DNA of 64,000 nucleotides from Gammaproteobacteria bacterium (lineage in GTDB: Bacteria; Pseudomonadota; Gammaproteobacteria; Ga0077536). The stretch is taken from positions 1,184,001 through 1,248,000 of the forward strand of contig CAXXLL010000003.1 in NCBI GenBank assembly GCA_963662545.2, written 5' to 3'. The notes beneath the pieces are model-generated. The model worked only from the letters and a program-made list of their open reading frames with translations. It was not told where the DNA came from and searched no databases. The first letter of the stretch is position 1; each line of letters starts with the position of its first letter. Shown here one piece after another: positions 52,383-61,775 of this stretch. The position numbers and the translations under genes are program-made.

Positions 52383-53852
52383 TCAGAATACCTCGAAGTA
52401 CTCACGCTGCTCCCAGTCGGTCACGTAGTTGAGGAACCGGCCGATCTCGCACTGCTTCACAGCCAGTATGTAGTCGACGTAGGCGTCACCGAAGGCCTTG
52501 CGGAACAGGGTGCTTTGATCCAGCGCCGCGACGGCATCCATGAGGCTGGCCGGCATCTTGGGCTTGTCGGATTCGTAGGGCGAGATCTCGGGCGCGCCTG
52601 GATCCAGTTGGCGGGATACGCCGTCCATGCCGGCGACGACCTGGGAGGCCATGTAGAGATAGGGATTGGCGCAGGGCTCGCCCGCCCGATTTTCAATGTG
52701 GGTCGAAGGATCGCCTGCTTCACCGAGAACGCGAATTAGCGCTGCGCGATTTTCCGTCGCCCAGGTAATGCGGTCGGGCGCGAACGAATTCGGCGCGAAA
52801 CGCTTGTAGCCGTTGATCGTGGGCGTTGAAAAGACCGATGCCGCGGGCGTATGTTCCAGAATGCCGGCGACGAATTGGCGCCCGAATTCGGAGAGGACCA
52901 GGTCCCCTGCGTCATCACTCGCGAAGCGATTTGCACCCGTGGCATCATCGTACAGTGTCTGGTGCAGGTGCCAGCCGCTGGAAAAAAAATTCGGCAGCGC
53001 CGGCCGCGTCATGAAGGTCGCGTGGTAACCGTGACGCCGGCAGATCTGTTTCGTCGCCGTGCGGAACAGGAGCATGTTGTCGGCACCCGCGAGGCCTCGC
53101 ACCGGATCGAACGTGAATTCGCACTGCCCCGGACCCCATTCGTCTTCCATAGTCCTAAGCGGGAGATCGAGTACTTCCAGGTGATCGTGAAGCAGTTGCA
53201 AGATGGGATCGATCTCGTCCTGCCGCTCCTCGGTCAAGTATTGAAAACCGTGCGCGATAACGCTGACCCGTGGCGGATCCGGCGGGTGGCCCGCCTGCTC
53301 GGGCTCATGCATTGGGTCTTCGAGACGGGTGATGTAGAACTCGATTTCGAGGCCGGATACGTAATTCAGGCCTTGGCCGAGCAAGTCTTCCAGCACCTTG
53401 CGAAACAGCGAGCGGGAATCGAAGGGACAGCGGTTGCCGTCCGCGAGGTGCATCTCCGAGAGCACCCACCCGGTGCGCGGCGCCCAGGGGAGCACCCTGA
53501 ACGTGGTCGGATCGGGCACGAGTATGGCGTCGGGTCCGCCCGCCAAAGCGGTCATGCCGAGACCCGCATCGCTCGAGAACATCGGGGCGAACAGGTGATT
53601 GCTGGTGTCCATGAACAAGGTTGCGGTTTGAAAGTCGACGCCGTTTTTGAGCGCCAGCAAAAAGTCGTGGCTCATCACGTTTTTGCCGCGGACGATGCCG
53701 TGCTGATCGCCCCAGGCGATCCGGATCGTGCGCAGATCGTGCTGCTCGATTTCCGCGGTGATGCGTTTGGCCGCCTCTTGCTGCTCTGTGTTCCATAGTC
53801 CATGCGTCTCGATGAAACCGAGTTTCCCGACGCTGCCTTCCTGCATGGACAT
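52383..53852 (-). CDS. Glutamine synthetase-like (gamma-glutamyl ligase) protein
   Basis: GIVRGK, GLEIEFY, EWGPGQCE, SGWHLHQ, NGYKRF, ENRAGEPCANPY; GGAGA RBS before ATG 53852. Confidence 0.9.
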   Translation of the reverse strand: MSMQEGSVGKLGFIETHGLWNTEQQEAAKRITAEIEQHDLRTIRIAWGDQHGIVRGKNVMSHDFLLALKNGVDFQTATLFMDTSNHLFAPMFSSDAGLGMTALAGGPDAILVPDPTTFRVLPWAPRTGWVLSEMHLADGNRCPFDSRSLFRKVLEDLLGQGLNYVSGLEIEFYITRLEDPMHEPEQAGHPPDPPRVSVIAHGFQYLTEERQDEIDPILQLLHDHLEVLDLPLRTMEDEWGPGQCEFTFDPVRGLAGADNMLLFRTATKQICRRHGYHATFMTRPALPNFFSSGWHLHQTLYDDATGANRFASDDAGDLVLSEFGRQFVAGILEHTPAASVFSTPTINGYKRFAPNSFAPDRITWATENRAALIRVLGEAGDPSTHIENRAGEPCANPYLYMASQVVAGMDGVSRQLDPGAPEISPYESDKPKMPASLMDAVAALDQSTLFRKAFGDAYVDYILAVKQCEIGRFLNYVTDWEQREYFEVF

Positions 53853-53997
53853 GAGAATTTTCTCCGGGGCTGAACCGGCACGAAGTATAGAGAGGCGGCC
53901 CGCCAAAACCAAACCGGACCGGGCTCGCGAGACCACCAAGGCTTTCGTATCATCACCCGTTTGCGACATTGCCTAGCTCGCATCTACGGAGACCTAT

Positions 53998-55233
53998 ATG
54001 ACTTACACCGACGTCGAATGCGAACGGGCGCGCCGGGATTTCCCCGCGCTCGGCGAAACCGTGAACGGTCATGCGCTCGCCTATCTCGACGGCCCCGGGG
54101 GTACCCAGACGCCGCATGCCGTCATCGACGCGGTCGTCGCTTGCTACCGATCACGCAACGCCAATTTCGACGGGAAGTTCGCGACTTCGATCGCTGTCAC
54201 CGAAGGCGTTGCCGCGGCGCGGCGCGCGGTCGCCGATTTTCTGGGCGCGGACGACCCAGCCTCGATTTCCTTCGGCGCGAACATGACCTCGCTCAATTTT
54301 TCCCTAAGCCATGCCCTCGGCCGCGGTCTCAAAGAAGGCGACGAATTGCTGGTCACGGCGCTCGATCACGAAGCCAATCGCGCCCCATGGCTCAAGCTCG
54401 AGGAGCGCGGCGCGATCGTGCGCGAAGTGCGCATGGACGAAACGGGACAGATTGACATGGACGATTTCACCACAAAGTTGGGGGCCAAAACCCGGATCGT
54501 CGCCGTCACCCTGGCCTCGAACGCGTTAGGAACAGTGCCCGATATCGATGCGGTACGCGTACTCGCGCGCTCGGTCGGTGCGATGCTGGTGGTCGACGCC
54601 GTGCATTACGCCGCGCATTTTCCTGTCGACGTCAATGCGCTCGACTGTGATTTTCTGCTGTGCTCGGCGTACAAATTCTATGGACCACACGTCGGTATTC
54701 TCTACGCGCGGCCGGGCTTACTCGATACGCTCGATACCGATCGCCTGCGTACGCAAAAAGCCGAGGCACCCTACCGTATCGAAACCGGCACCCTGAATCA
54801 CGTCGCGATCGACGGCGTGCGCGCGTCAATCGACTACCTGGCGGGCTGGGGAACGGGCAGCAGCCGGCGCGACCGGCTGGTCGATGCCATGGGTGCGATC
54901 GCACGCTACGAACACGAACTCGCGCGTTACTACCACGATGGGCTCGAAACCATCGCCGGCCTCACACGTTGGGGCCCCGCTTTCGACGCGGCGCCGCGCG
55001 CACCCACCGTGTCCGTGACACTTGAGCGCGGCACGCCCGAAGAGGCCGCCGCCGAACTCGGACGAACGGGCCTGCAGCTGTGGCACGGCCATTTCTATGC
55101 GCTCAGGGTGATGGAATGCCTGGGGGTCGCCGCGGGCGGCATGCTGCGCGCCGGTATCTCCATGTACAACACCCGCGCTGAGATCGATCGTCTCCTCGAG
55201 GGACTGGAACGCTTCCAAGGCACCCGGCGTTGA
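53998..55233 (+). CDS. Cysteine desulfurase-like PLP-dependent class V aminotransferase
   Basis: YLDGPGGTQ, LDHEAN..PW, VDAVHY, SAYKFYGPH, ETGT. Confidence 0.9.
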   Translation: MTYTDVECERARRDFPALGETVNGHALAYLDGPGGTQTPHAVIDAVVACYRSRNANFDGKFATSIAVTEGVAAARRAVADFLGADDPASISFGANMTSLNFSLSHALGRGLKEGDELLVTALDHEANRAPWLKLEERGAIVREVRMDETGQIDMDDFTTKLGAKTRIVAVTLASNALGTVPDIDAVRVLARSVGAMLVVDAVHYAAHFPVDVNALDCDFLLCSAYKFYGPHVGILYARPGLLDTLDTDRLRTQKAEAPYRIETGTLNHVAIDGVRASIDYLAGWGTGSSRRDRLVDAMGAIARYEHELARYYHDGLETIAGLTRWGPAFDAAPRAPTVSVTLERGTPEEAAAELGRTGLQLWHGHFYALRVMECLGVAAGGMLRAGISMYNTRAEIDRLLEGLERFQGTRR

Positions 55234-55256
55234 CGGCAGTTGTACGTCGCTGATCT

Positions 55257-55304
55257 ATGCATTATAATTCATATAGTCTTCTCCTTATTCTGCAATATTC
55301 TGCG
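55257..55304. promoter_or_regulatory. Putative BoxR/BzdR operator (two TGCA-N6-TGCA-like boxes)
   Basis: ATGCA-TTATAA-TTCAT and TGCA-ATATTC-TGCG in an AT-rich gap directly upstream of boxR. Confidence 0.6.
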
Positions 55305-55312
55305 TAACTCGA

Positions 55313-56227
55313 ATGAGCCAAGCCTCGACCAAGCCGGCATCGGCCGACGCTTCAAGCTACCTGCAAATGCTCGGACGCCGTACACGCCGCATCCGCGCAC
55401 AGCGCGGCATGTCCCGCCGTATCTTGTCGGCATCCTCCGGTGTATCGGAGCGTTACCTGGCGCAGCTCGAAGCGGGCAAGGGCAACGCCTCCATCCTCCT
55501 ATTGAAAGCGATCGCCGAAGCCATGAACATCGCCATCGACGACCTCGTCGACGCCCTCGACGAACGACCCGTCGAATACCTGCTGTTGCGCGAACGGCTG
55601 CGAGCCGCCTCGGAGGAAACGCTGCGCCGTATGAACGCAAGCATTCGTACGGAGGACGATGCCGGTGATCGTCAGCCGACTCGCGTCGCCTTGATCGGTC
55701 TTCGTGGCGCCGGCAAAAGTACTATCGGTGCAGCGCTCGCCAAGCGCGCCGACGTCCCCTTCGTCGAACTCGTACAGGAAATCGAACGCGCGGCAGGCAT
55801 GGGCGTCAGCGAGATCTTTTCGCTGGGCGGTCAGAGTGCTTACCGCCGCTTCGAACGGGACGCGCTCAACGCTACGCTCGAACGTTTCGACCGCGCTGTC
55901 GTCGCGGTCGGCGGCAGCCTCGTATCGGAACCCGAAACCTATGAGCTATTGCTGAATTCCTGTTACACCGTGTGGCTAGCAGCCTCACCGCAAGAACACA
56001 TGGAACGCGTGCTCGCTCAGGGCGACCACCGACCGATGGCCAGTCACCGTAACGCCATGGCCGATCTCAAGCGCATCTTGAAGGAACGAAAAGCGCTTTA
56101 CAGCCGCGCGAATGTGCGTGTCGACAGTTCACGCTCGAGCGTAGACGAAACCCTTTGCCAGCTACTCGAACTCGCACCCGTACGCACATTCATTTCGGTC
56201 AGACGAGACAGACCGTCCACGGCCTGA
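55313..56227 (+). CDS. boxR: BoxR/BzdR family regulator (XRE HTH + shikimate-kinase-like domain)
   Basis: SGVSERYLAQLE.G.GN; ALIGLRGAGKST; EHM.RV.AQGD.RPM; context. Confidence 0.9.
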   Translation: MSQASTKPASADASSYLQMLGRRTRRIRAQRGMSRRILSASSGVSERYLAQLEAGKGNASILLLKAIAEAMNIAIDDLVDALDERPVEYLLLRERLRAASEETLRRMNASIRTEDDAGDRQPTRVALIGLRGAGKSTIGAALAKRADVPFVELVQEIERAAGMGVSEIFSLGGQSAYRRFERDALNATLERFDRAVVAVGGSLVSEPETYELLLNSCYTVWLAASPQEHMERVLAQGDHRPMASHRNAMADLKRILKERKALYSRANVRVDSSRSSVDETLCQLLELAPVRTFISVRRDRPSTA

Positions 56228-56230
56228 CCG

Positions 56231-57925
56231 GTGAATACGACTGACAATGCCTTCATGCAGAACGTACCCGCTGGTGCGATCGATCTGCAGACCTCGCCCG
56301 ATCGCTACCACCATTGGGATCTACGGATCGACGGCCGTGTCGCGTGGCTGGGTCTGGACGTCGACGGGGCAGCAATCATCGGCGAGGGCTACGAACTCAA
56401 GTCGAATTCCTACGATCTCGGCGTTGACATCGAACTGCACGACGCCGTTCAGCGCCTGCGCTTCGAGCACCCGGAGGTCGGCTGCGTTGTTATTCATTCA
56501 AACAATGATCGGGTTTTCTGCGCTGGCGCCAACATCAAGATGCTGGGACGAGCGACGCACGAACACAAAGTCAACTTCTGCAAGTTCACCAACGAAACGC
56601 GGAACGGTATGGAAGACGCCCAGACAGGTTCAGGACAGGCGTATCTCTGTGCGATCAAGGGCTCCTGCGCCGGCGGCGGATACGAACTGGCCCTGGCCTG
56701 CGGGGAGATCATCATGGCCGACGATGGCGCGAGCGCGGTATCCCTGCCTGAGTTGCCGCTGCTCGCGGTGCTGCCGGGTACGGGCGGGCTCACGCGTCTC
56801 GTGGATAAGCGCCACGTGCGCCGCGACCACGCCGATTTCTTCTGCACCGTGGAGGAAGGCATCCGCGGCCAGCGCGCGGTCGACTGGCGCCTTGTCGATG
56901 AAGTCGTACCCTTGTCCTCGTTCGATGCGCGCGTTGCGGAGCGCGCGGAGCACCTGGCCGCGGATTCCGATCGCCCGAAAGAGGCCGCCGGCGTGCACCT
57001 TGCTCCCATCGACCGAAGCTTCGGTGAGGATGCGATTACTTATCGATACCTTGAAATCGTCATCGAACGCGACCGCGGTCTGGCGACTTTGACCTTCAAA
57101 GGACCAACCGCCCCGTTGCCCGATACTACCGACGCCATCGTCGCGACGGGGGCCGATTTCTGGCCGCTCGCGCTCATGCGTGAGCTGGACGATGCAATCT
57201 TGCACCTGCGCTTCAACCGAGAAGAGATCGGCACGTGGATGTTCCGATCCGAAGGGGATCCGAAACAGGTGATCACCGCCGATCGCATCCTCGAAGCCCA
57301 TGCAAACCATTGGTTCGTCCGCGAGATCCTGCTCTTCGCCCGCCGCGTATTAAAGCGGGTCGACGTCTCCGCGCGAAGCCTGCTCGCGGTGATCGAGCCC
57401 GGCAGTTGCTTCGCCGGCACCTTGTTTGAACTCGTGCTCGCTGCCGACCAGATCTACATGCTTTCAGGTCAGTTTGAAAATGACCAAGCGCCGCCGGCGA
57501 CGGTGGCCTTAAGCGAATTAAATTTCGGGCGCTATGCGATGGTCAACGGCATCACGCGGCTCGAAGCACGCTACCAGCACGATCTCGATGCAATCTCCGA
57601 TCTGCGCGCCTCGATCGCCGAACCGCTTAAAGCGGAGCGCGCCATGGAACTCGGCCTCGTCACCTTCATACCGGACGACATCGACTGGGAAGAAGAACTC
57701 AGGATCCTGATCGAGGCGCGCGCGGGCTTTTCACCCGACGCCCTGACTGGCATGGAGGCCAACTTGCGCTTCCCGGGCCCCGAAACCATGGAATCGAAGA
57801 TCTTCGCGCGCCTCAGCGCATGGCAGAATTGGATCTTTCAACGGCCGAACGCAGTCGGCGAAAAAGGTGCGCTGGTGCTCTACGGCACCGGCGAGCGTCC
57901 CCGCTTTCAAAAGCGCCGAGCCTGA
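56231..57925 (+). CDS. boxC: 2,3-epoxybenzoyl-CoA dihydrolase
   Basis: YELK.NSYDLGVDIELHDA.QRLRFEHPEV, KVNFCKFTNETRN, AWQNWIFQRPNAVG. Confidence 0.93.
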   Translation: MNTTDNAFMQNVPAGAIDLQTSPDRYHHWDLRIDGRVAWLGLDVDGAAIIGEGYELKSNSYDLGVDIELHDAVQRLRFEHPEVGCVVIHSNNDRVFCAGANIKMLGRATHEHKVNFCKFTNETRNGMEDAQTGSGQAYLCAIKGSCAGGGYELALACGEIIMADDGASAVSLPELPLLAVLPGTGGLTRLVDKRHVRRDHADFFCTVEEGIRGQRAVDWRLVDEVVPLSSFDARVAERAEHLAADSDRPKEAAGVHLAPIDRSFGEDAITYRYLEIVIERDRGLATLTFKGPTAPLPDTTDAIVATGADFWPLALMRELDDAILHLRFNREEIGTWMFRSEGDPKQVITADRILEAHANHWFVREILLFARRVLKRVDVSARSLLAVIEPGSCFAGTLFELVLAADQIYMLSGQFENDQAPPATVALSELNFGRYAMVNGITRLEARYQHDLDAISDLRASIAEPLKAERAMELGLVTFIPDDIDWEEELRILIEARAGFSPDALTGMEANLRFPGPETMESKIFARLSAWQNWIFQRPNAVGEKGALVLYGTGERPRFQKRRA

Positions 57926-57946
57926 GCGCGAGCTAGACCCCCAATC

Positions 57947-59368
57947 ATGACGGCACGAGTCGATTTCAGCCAACTCATCCCGAACAACATCGATCTCGCC
58001 TCTGATCGCAGACTCAATCGTGCGCTGGAAAGCTGGCATCCCAAATTCATGGAGTGGTGGAAAGCTTGTGGGCCGGAGCGGTACCAGGACAAAGAGATTT
58101 ACCTGCGCACTGCGATCAGCGTCGACAAGAAGGGCTGGGCGCAGTTCGACTACGTCATGATGCCGGAGTATCGCTGGGGAATCTTTCTCGCCGAAACCGA
58201 CAGCGAGAATAAACGCATCAACTTCGGCGATCACAAGGGCGAATCCGTGTGGCGGGAAGTGCCGGGTGAATACCGCAGTCCCTTGCGCCGTCTGATCGTG
58301 ACTCAGGGAGACACCGAACCCGCCTCGGTCGAACAGCAGCACCGCCTCGCGGCCAGCGCGCCGTCGCTCATCGACATGCGCAGCCTGTTTCAGATCAACG
58401 TCGAGGAAGCCCGCCATCTGTGGGCCATGGTCTACCTCCTGATGGCCTACTTCGGCCGCGACGGCCGCGAAGAGGCCGAGGAACTCCTGCAGCGACGCTC
58501 GGGTGATCCGGATAAGCCGCGCATCCTCGGCGCCTTCAATGAACCTACGCCGGATTGGCTGTCGTTTTTTATGTTCACGTTCTTCACTGATCGCGATGGC
58601 AAATACCAGCTCGCATCGCTGGCGGAATCGGCCTTTGTTCCGCTTGCCCGCACCTGCCAGTTTATGCTGACCGAGGAAGCCCACCATATGTACGTCGGGG
58701 AAACCGGCGTCAGTCGCATCGTACAAAAAGCCTGTGAACTCATGCGCGAAAAGAAAATCGACGACGTCCGGCGACACGGTGCGATCGATCTACCGACCAT
58801 GCAGAAGTACATCAACTTCCACTTCAGTGTGTCTGAAGACCTGTTTGGCGCGGAACAGTCGACCAACGCCGCCAATTACTTTACCCAGGGAATCAAGGGC
58901 CGCTACCAGGAATCCCGACTGACCGACGATCATCAACTGAAAGACGAACCCTACCGAGTGCTGCAAGTCAAAGACGGTCGGTTCGTCGAGAACGAGGTGT
59001 CCGCGCTGACGGCGATCAACGAGCGCCTGCGCGACGATTACGTTGACGATTGCCAGCGCGGCGTCGATCGCTGGAACAAGATCATCGCGGATCGGGACAT
59101 CGATTTCGAACTCAAGCTCCCTCATCGCGCCTTCCATCGCCGGATCGGACGTTTCGCCAACACCAGCGTAACGCCCGACGGCGTAATTCTAGGCGCCGAC
59201 GAGTGGCAAGCTCGCCAGCACGAATGGCTGCCAAGCGAAGAGGACCACGAGTACATTCTTTCGCTCATGCAGCAGGTGACCGAACCGGACGAATTCGCGT
59301 CCTGGATTGCACCGCCGCGGATAGGCATCAATAATCAGCCGGTCGATTTCCCCTACGTGAGGCTTTAA
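57947..59368 (+). CDS. boxB: Benzoyl-CoA 2,3-epoxidase di-iron subunit
   Basis: IPNNIDL, QGDTEPASVEQQ, VEEARHLWAM, TEEAHH di-iron motifs. Confidence 0.95.
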   Translation: MTARVDFSQLIPNNIDLASDRRLNRALESWHPKFMEWWKACGPERYQDKEIYLRTAISVDKKGWAQFDYVMMPEYRWGIFLAETDSENKRINFGDHKGESVWREVPGEYRSPLRRLIVTQGDTEPASVEQQHRLAASAPSLIDMRSLFQINVEEARHLWAMVYLLMAYFGRDGREEAEELLQRRSGDPDKPRILGAFNEPTPDWLSFFMFTFFTDRDGKYQLASLAESAFVPLARTCQFMLTEEAHHMYVGETGVSRIVQKACELMREKKIDDVRRHGAIDLPTMQKYINFHFSVSEDLFGAEQSTNAANYFTQGIKGRYQESRLTDDHQLKDEPYRVLQVKDGRFVENEVSALTAINERLRDDYVDDCQRGVDRWNKIIADRDIDFELKLPHRAFHRRIGRFANTSVTPDGVILGADEWQARQHEWLPSEEDHEYILSLMQQVTEPDEFASWIAPPRIGINNQPVDFPYVRL

Positions 59369-59530
59369 GGGCCCTCTGAATAAGTCATGGCACATCTGCC
59401 TTGCCCATAAAATCGCGCAGCTCGGCGTTACGAACCTTGCCAATAGTCCCCGCTATTACCCGCGATTCGTGCCTTGATCTGCACAATTTTATAAACAATT
59501 CAGACGCACCATGACTTATTCAGAGGTCCC
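59369..59530. mobile_element. MITE family 1, copy E (162 bp), inserted at the boxB stop codon
   Basis: GGGCCCTCTGAATAAGTCATGG ... CCATGACTTATTCAGAGGTCCC; perfect TTAA duplication containing the boxB TAA. Confidence 0.92.
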
Positions 59531-59536
59531 TTAACA

Positions 59537-59851
59537 ATGGGTGTGGTCCTCGCCACCGACCGCGACGGAATCGAGCACGCACTTGGGGCGCGTGAAGGCT
59601 ACACGCTGATGGAGATCCTGCGCGACGCGGGCCTGCCGGTCGAGGCCATCTGCGGCGGCCAGTGCATTTGTTCCACCTGCCACGTCTATATCGATAGCGA
59701 ATGGACGGAGCGGTTGAAAGCGCGCGCGGAAGACGAGCAGATCATGGTCGAAGATACGGGCCACTTTCAGGATAATTCCAGACTCGCCTGCCAGATCGAT
59801 TACACCGAACGCTTGGATGGAATCAGGGTAACCCTGGCGCCTGAATTCTGA
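59537..59851 (+). CDS. Adrenodoxin/putidaredoxin-type [2Fe-2S] ferredoxin
   Basis: CGGQCICSTCHVY and SRLACQI. Confidence 0.93.
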   Translation: MGVVLATDRDGIEHALGAREGYTLMEILRDAGLPVEAICGGQCICSTCHVYIDSEWTERLKARAEDEQIMVEDTGHFQDNSRLACQIDYTERLDGIRVTLAPEF

Positions 59852-61431
59852 TGCAGGGCCAGAGCCGCGCGGACCACGGCACCTCACCGCCGATCATAGA
59901 GATACCGCGGGAGTACAACGCTGCCTTCGACTTGCTGTCCAGAAACTTGAGCGGCGATCGCGCCGACCAATGCGCCTATATCGACGACGAAGGCCGCTAC
60001 AGCTTCAGCGACCTCAACGAGCGCTCGGCCCGCGCGGCGGCGATGCTCCGCGGATTTGGACTCGACATGGAGCAGCGCGTGGTCGTGTGCATGCACGATT
60101 CCTTTGCGCTGCCGAGTGTGTTCCTGGGCGCCATCCGGGCCGGTATCGTGCCGGTGCTGGTCAACACCCTGCTGACGGCGGACGACTACGCCTGGATGCT
60201 CAGGGACAGCCGCGCACAGGTCGCGATCGTCTCGGTCCCGCTGCTACCCCTGTTCGAACCCCTGCTCGAGTCCGTGCCGGGTTTTGAGCGTGTGATCGCG
60301 AGCGGCGCCGGCACAGCGGGACCTGACGAACTCACCGCCCTCATCGACGCAGCCCCTGCCGACCCTGCGATCGCGCCAACCGTCGTCGACGACGCCTGCT
60401 TCTGGCTTTATTCTTCGGGCTCGACCGGCACGCCCAAGGGCACGGTGCACGTGCACTCGAGCATGATCCAGACCGCCGAGCTCTACGCGCGCCCCGTGCT
60501 CGGCATCAACGAAAACGATACGGTGTTCTCCGCAGCGAAACTCTTCTTCGCTTACGGCCTCGGGAATGCGCTGAGTTTTCCCTTGAGCGTCGGTGCCACG
60601 ACCCTGCTCATGGCCGAACGCCCTACGCCAGCGGCCGTGTTCGAACGTTTGCGATCACACCGGATCACGATCTTCTGCGCTGTGCCAACGCTCTACGCGG
60701 CGCTCCTGGCGGATTCCGAATTGCCGGCGGCAGACGAATTGAACCTGCGCCATTGCATCTCCGCGGGAGAGCCCCTGCCTGTAGACATCGCGCGCCGTTG
60801 GCACCAGCATTTCGGCGTCAATATCCTCGATGGTATCGGCTCGACCGAGATGCTCCACATCTTCCTGTCGAATCGCGCCGGTACCCTGCGCTACGGCACG
60901 ACGGGTAAGCCGCTACCCGGTTATGAGTTGCGCATCGTCGATGACGAAGGCGCGGCCGTTGCGCAGGGCGAGATCGGCGAACTGCAGGTATCGGGACCGA
61001 CTGCGGCATCGATGTATTGGAACAATCGCGACAAGACTCGAGGCACGTTCTTGGGCGAATGGACGCGCACGGGAGACAAATACCGACGCGACGAAGACGG
61101 TTTCTACGTGTTCTGCGGCCGCAGCGACGACATGCTAAAAGTGGGGGGCATTTATGTTTCACCGACCGAAGTCGAAGGCGCGCTGATAATGCATGCAGCG
61201 GTGCTGGAAGCCGCCGTGGTGGGGCGCGCGGACGACGCGGCGTTGATCAAGCCAGCAGCCTACGTCGTGCTGCAGCCGGGCGTGACCGGGTCCGAAAAGC
61301 TAGCCGCCACCCTCAAGGCCCACGTCAAATCGCAGCTCGCCCCGTACAAATACCCCCGCTGGATCGAATTCGTGAGCGATCTGCCCAAAACCGCGACGGG
61401 TAAAATACAGCGCTTCAAACTCAGGAATTAA
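59851..61431 (+). CDS. bclA: Benzoate--CoA ligase
   Basis: FWLYSSGSTGTPKG, FSAAKLFFAYGLGN, DGIGSTEMLHIF, LPKTATGKIQRFKLR; box context. Confidence 0.9.
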   Translation: MQGQSRADHGTSPPIIEIPREYNAAFDLLSRNLSGDRADQCAYIDDEGRYSFSDLNERSARAAAMLRGFGLDMEQRVVVCMHDSFALPSVFLGAIRAGIVPVLVNTLLTADDYAWMLRDSRAQVAIVSVPLLPLFEPLLESVPGFERVIASGAGTAGPDELTALIDAAPADPAIAPTVVDDACFWLYSSGSTGTPKGTVHVHSSMIQTAELYARPVLGINENDTVFSAAKLFFAYGLGNALSFPLSVGATTLLMAERPTPAAVFERLRSHRITIFCAVPTLYAALLADSELPAADELNLRHCISAGEPLPVDIARRWHQHFGVNILDGIGSTEMLHIFLSNRAGTLRYGTTGKPLPGYELRIVDDEGAAVAQGEIGELQVSGPTAASMYWNNRDKTRGTFLGEWTRTGDKYRRDEDGFYVFCGRSDDMLKVGGIYVSPTEVEGALIMHAAVLEAAVVGRADDAALIKPAAYVVLQPGVTGSEKLAATLKAHVKSQLAPYKYPRWIEFVSDLPKTATGKIQRFKLRN

Positions 61432-61775
61432 GACACGGCGATGATGCGCCGGAATCGCACCGATAGTCCGACCGGCCGACAGCGACCATAACCGGGTATT
61501 GCGCCTCCAAAACGAACGAAACGCACTGATTCACAACTATTCTGCCGGCCCTCTCCCACCCGCATCGCTACGACTCCTTAAGTCCGATAGCCGCTTAACT
61601 TGTGCTTTGACACCCGGGATAACACAATATCTGGGGGATAAGACCAGATCGGAGTGCCGATGAGCAATGCATTAGGAGCCTGCCGGGCGACCCTTTCGAG
61701 CGCCGGTTCACGGCTCCATCGTAGCGGAAGCGTCGCGGGACGGTCCGTTAAAAGTCCCACTCGTTCCTGACGACA

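Noticed and set aside
61672-61682. TTAGGAGCCTG resembling a family-2 end
   Set aside because: Too short and no partner terminus found.
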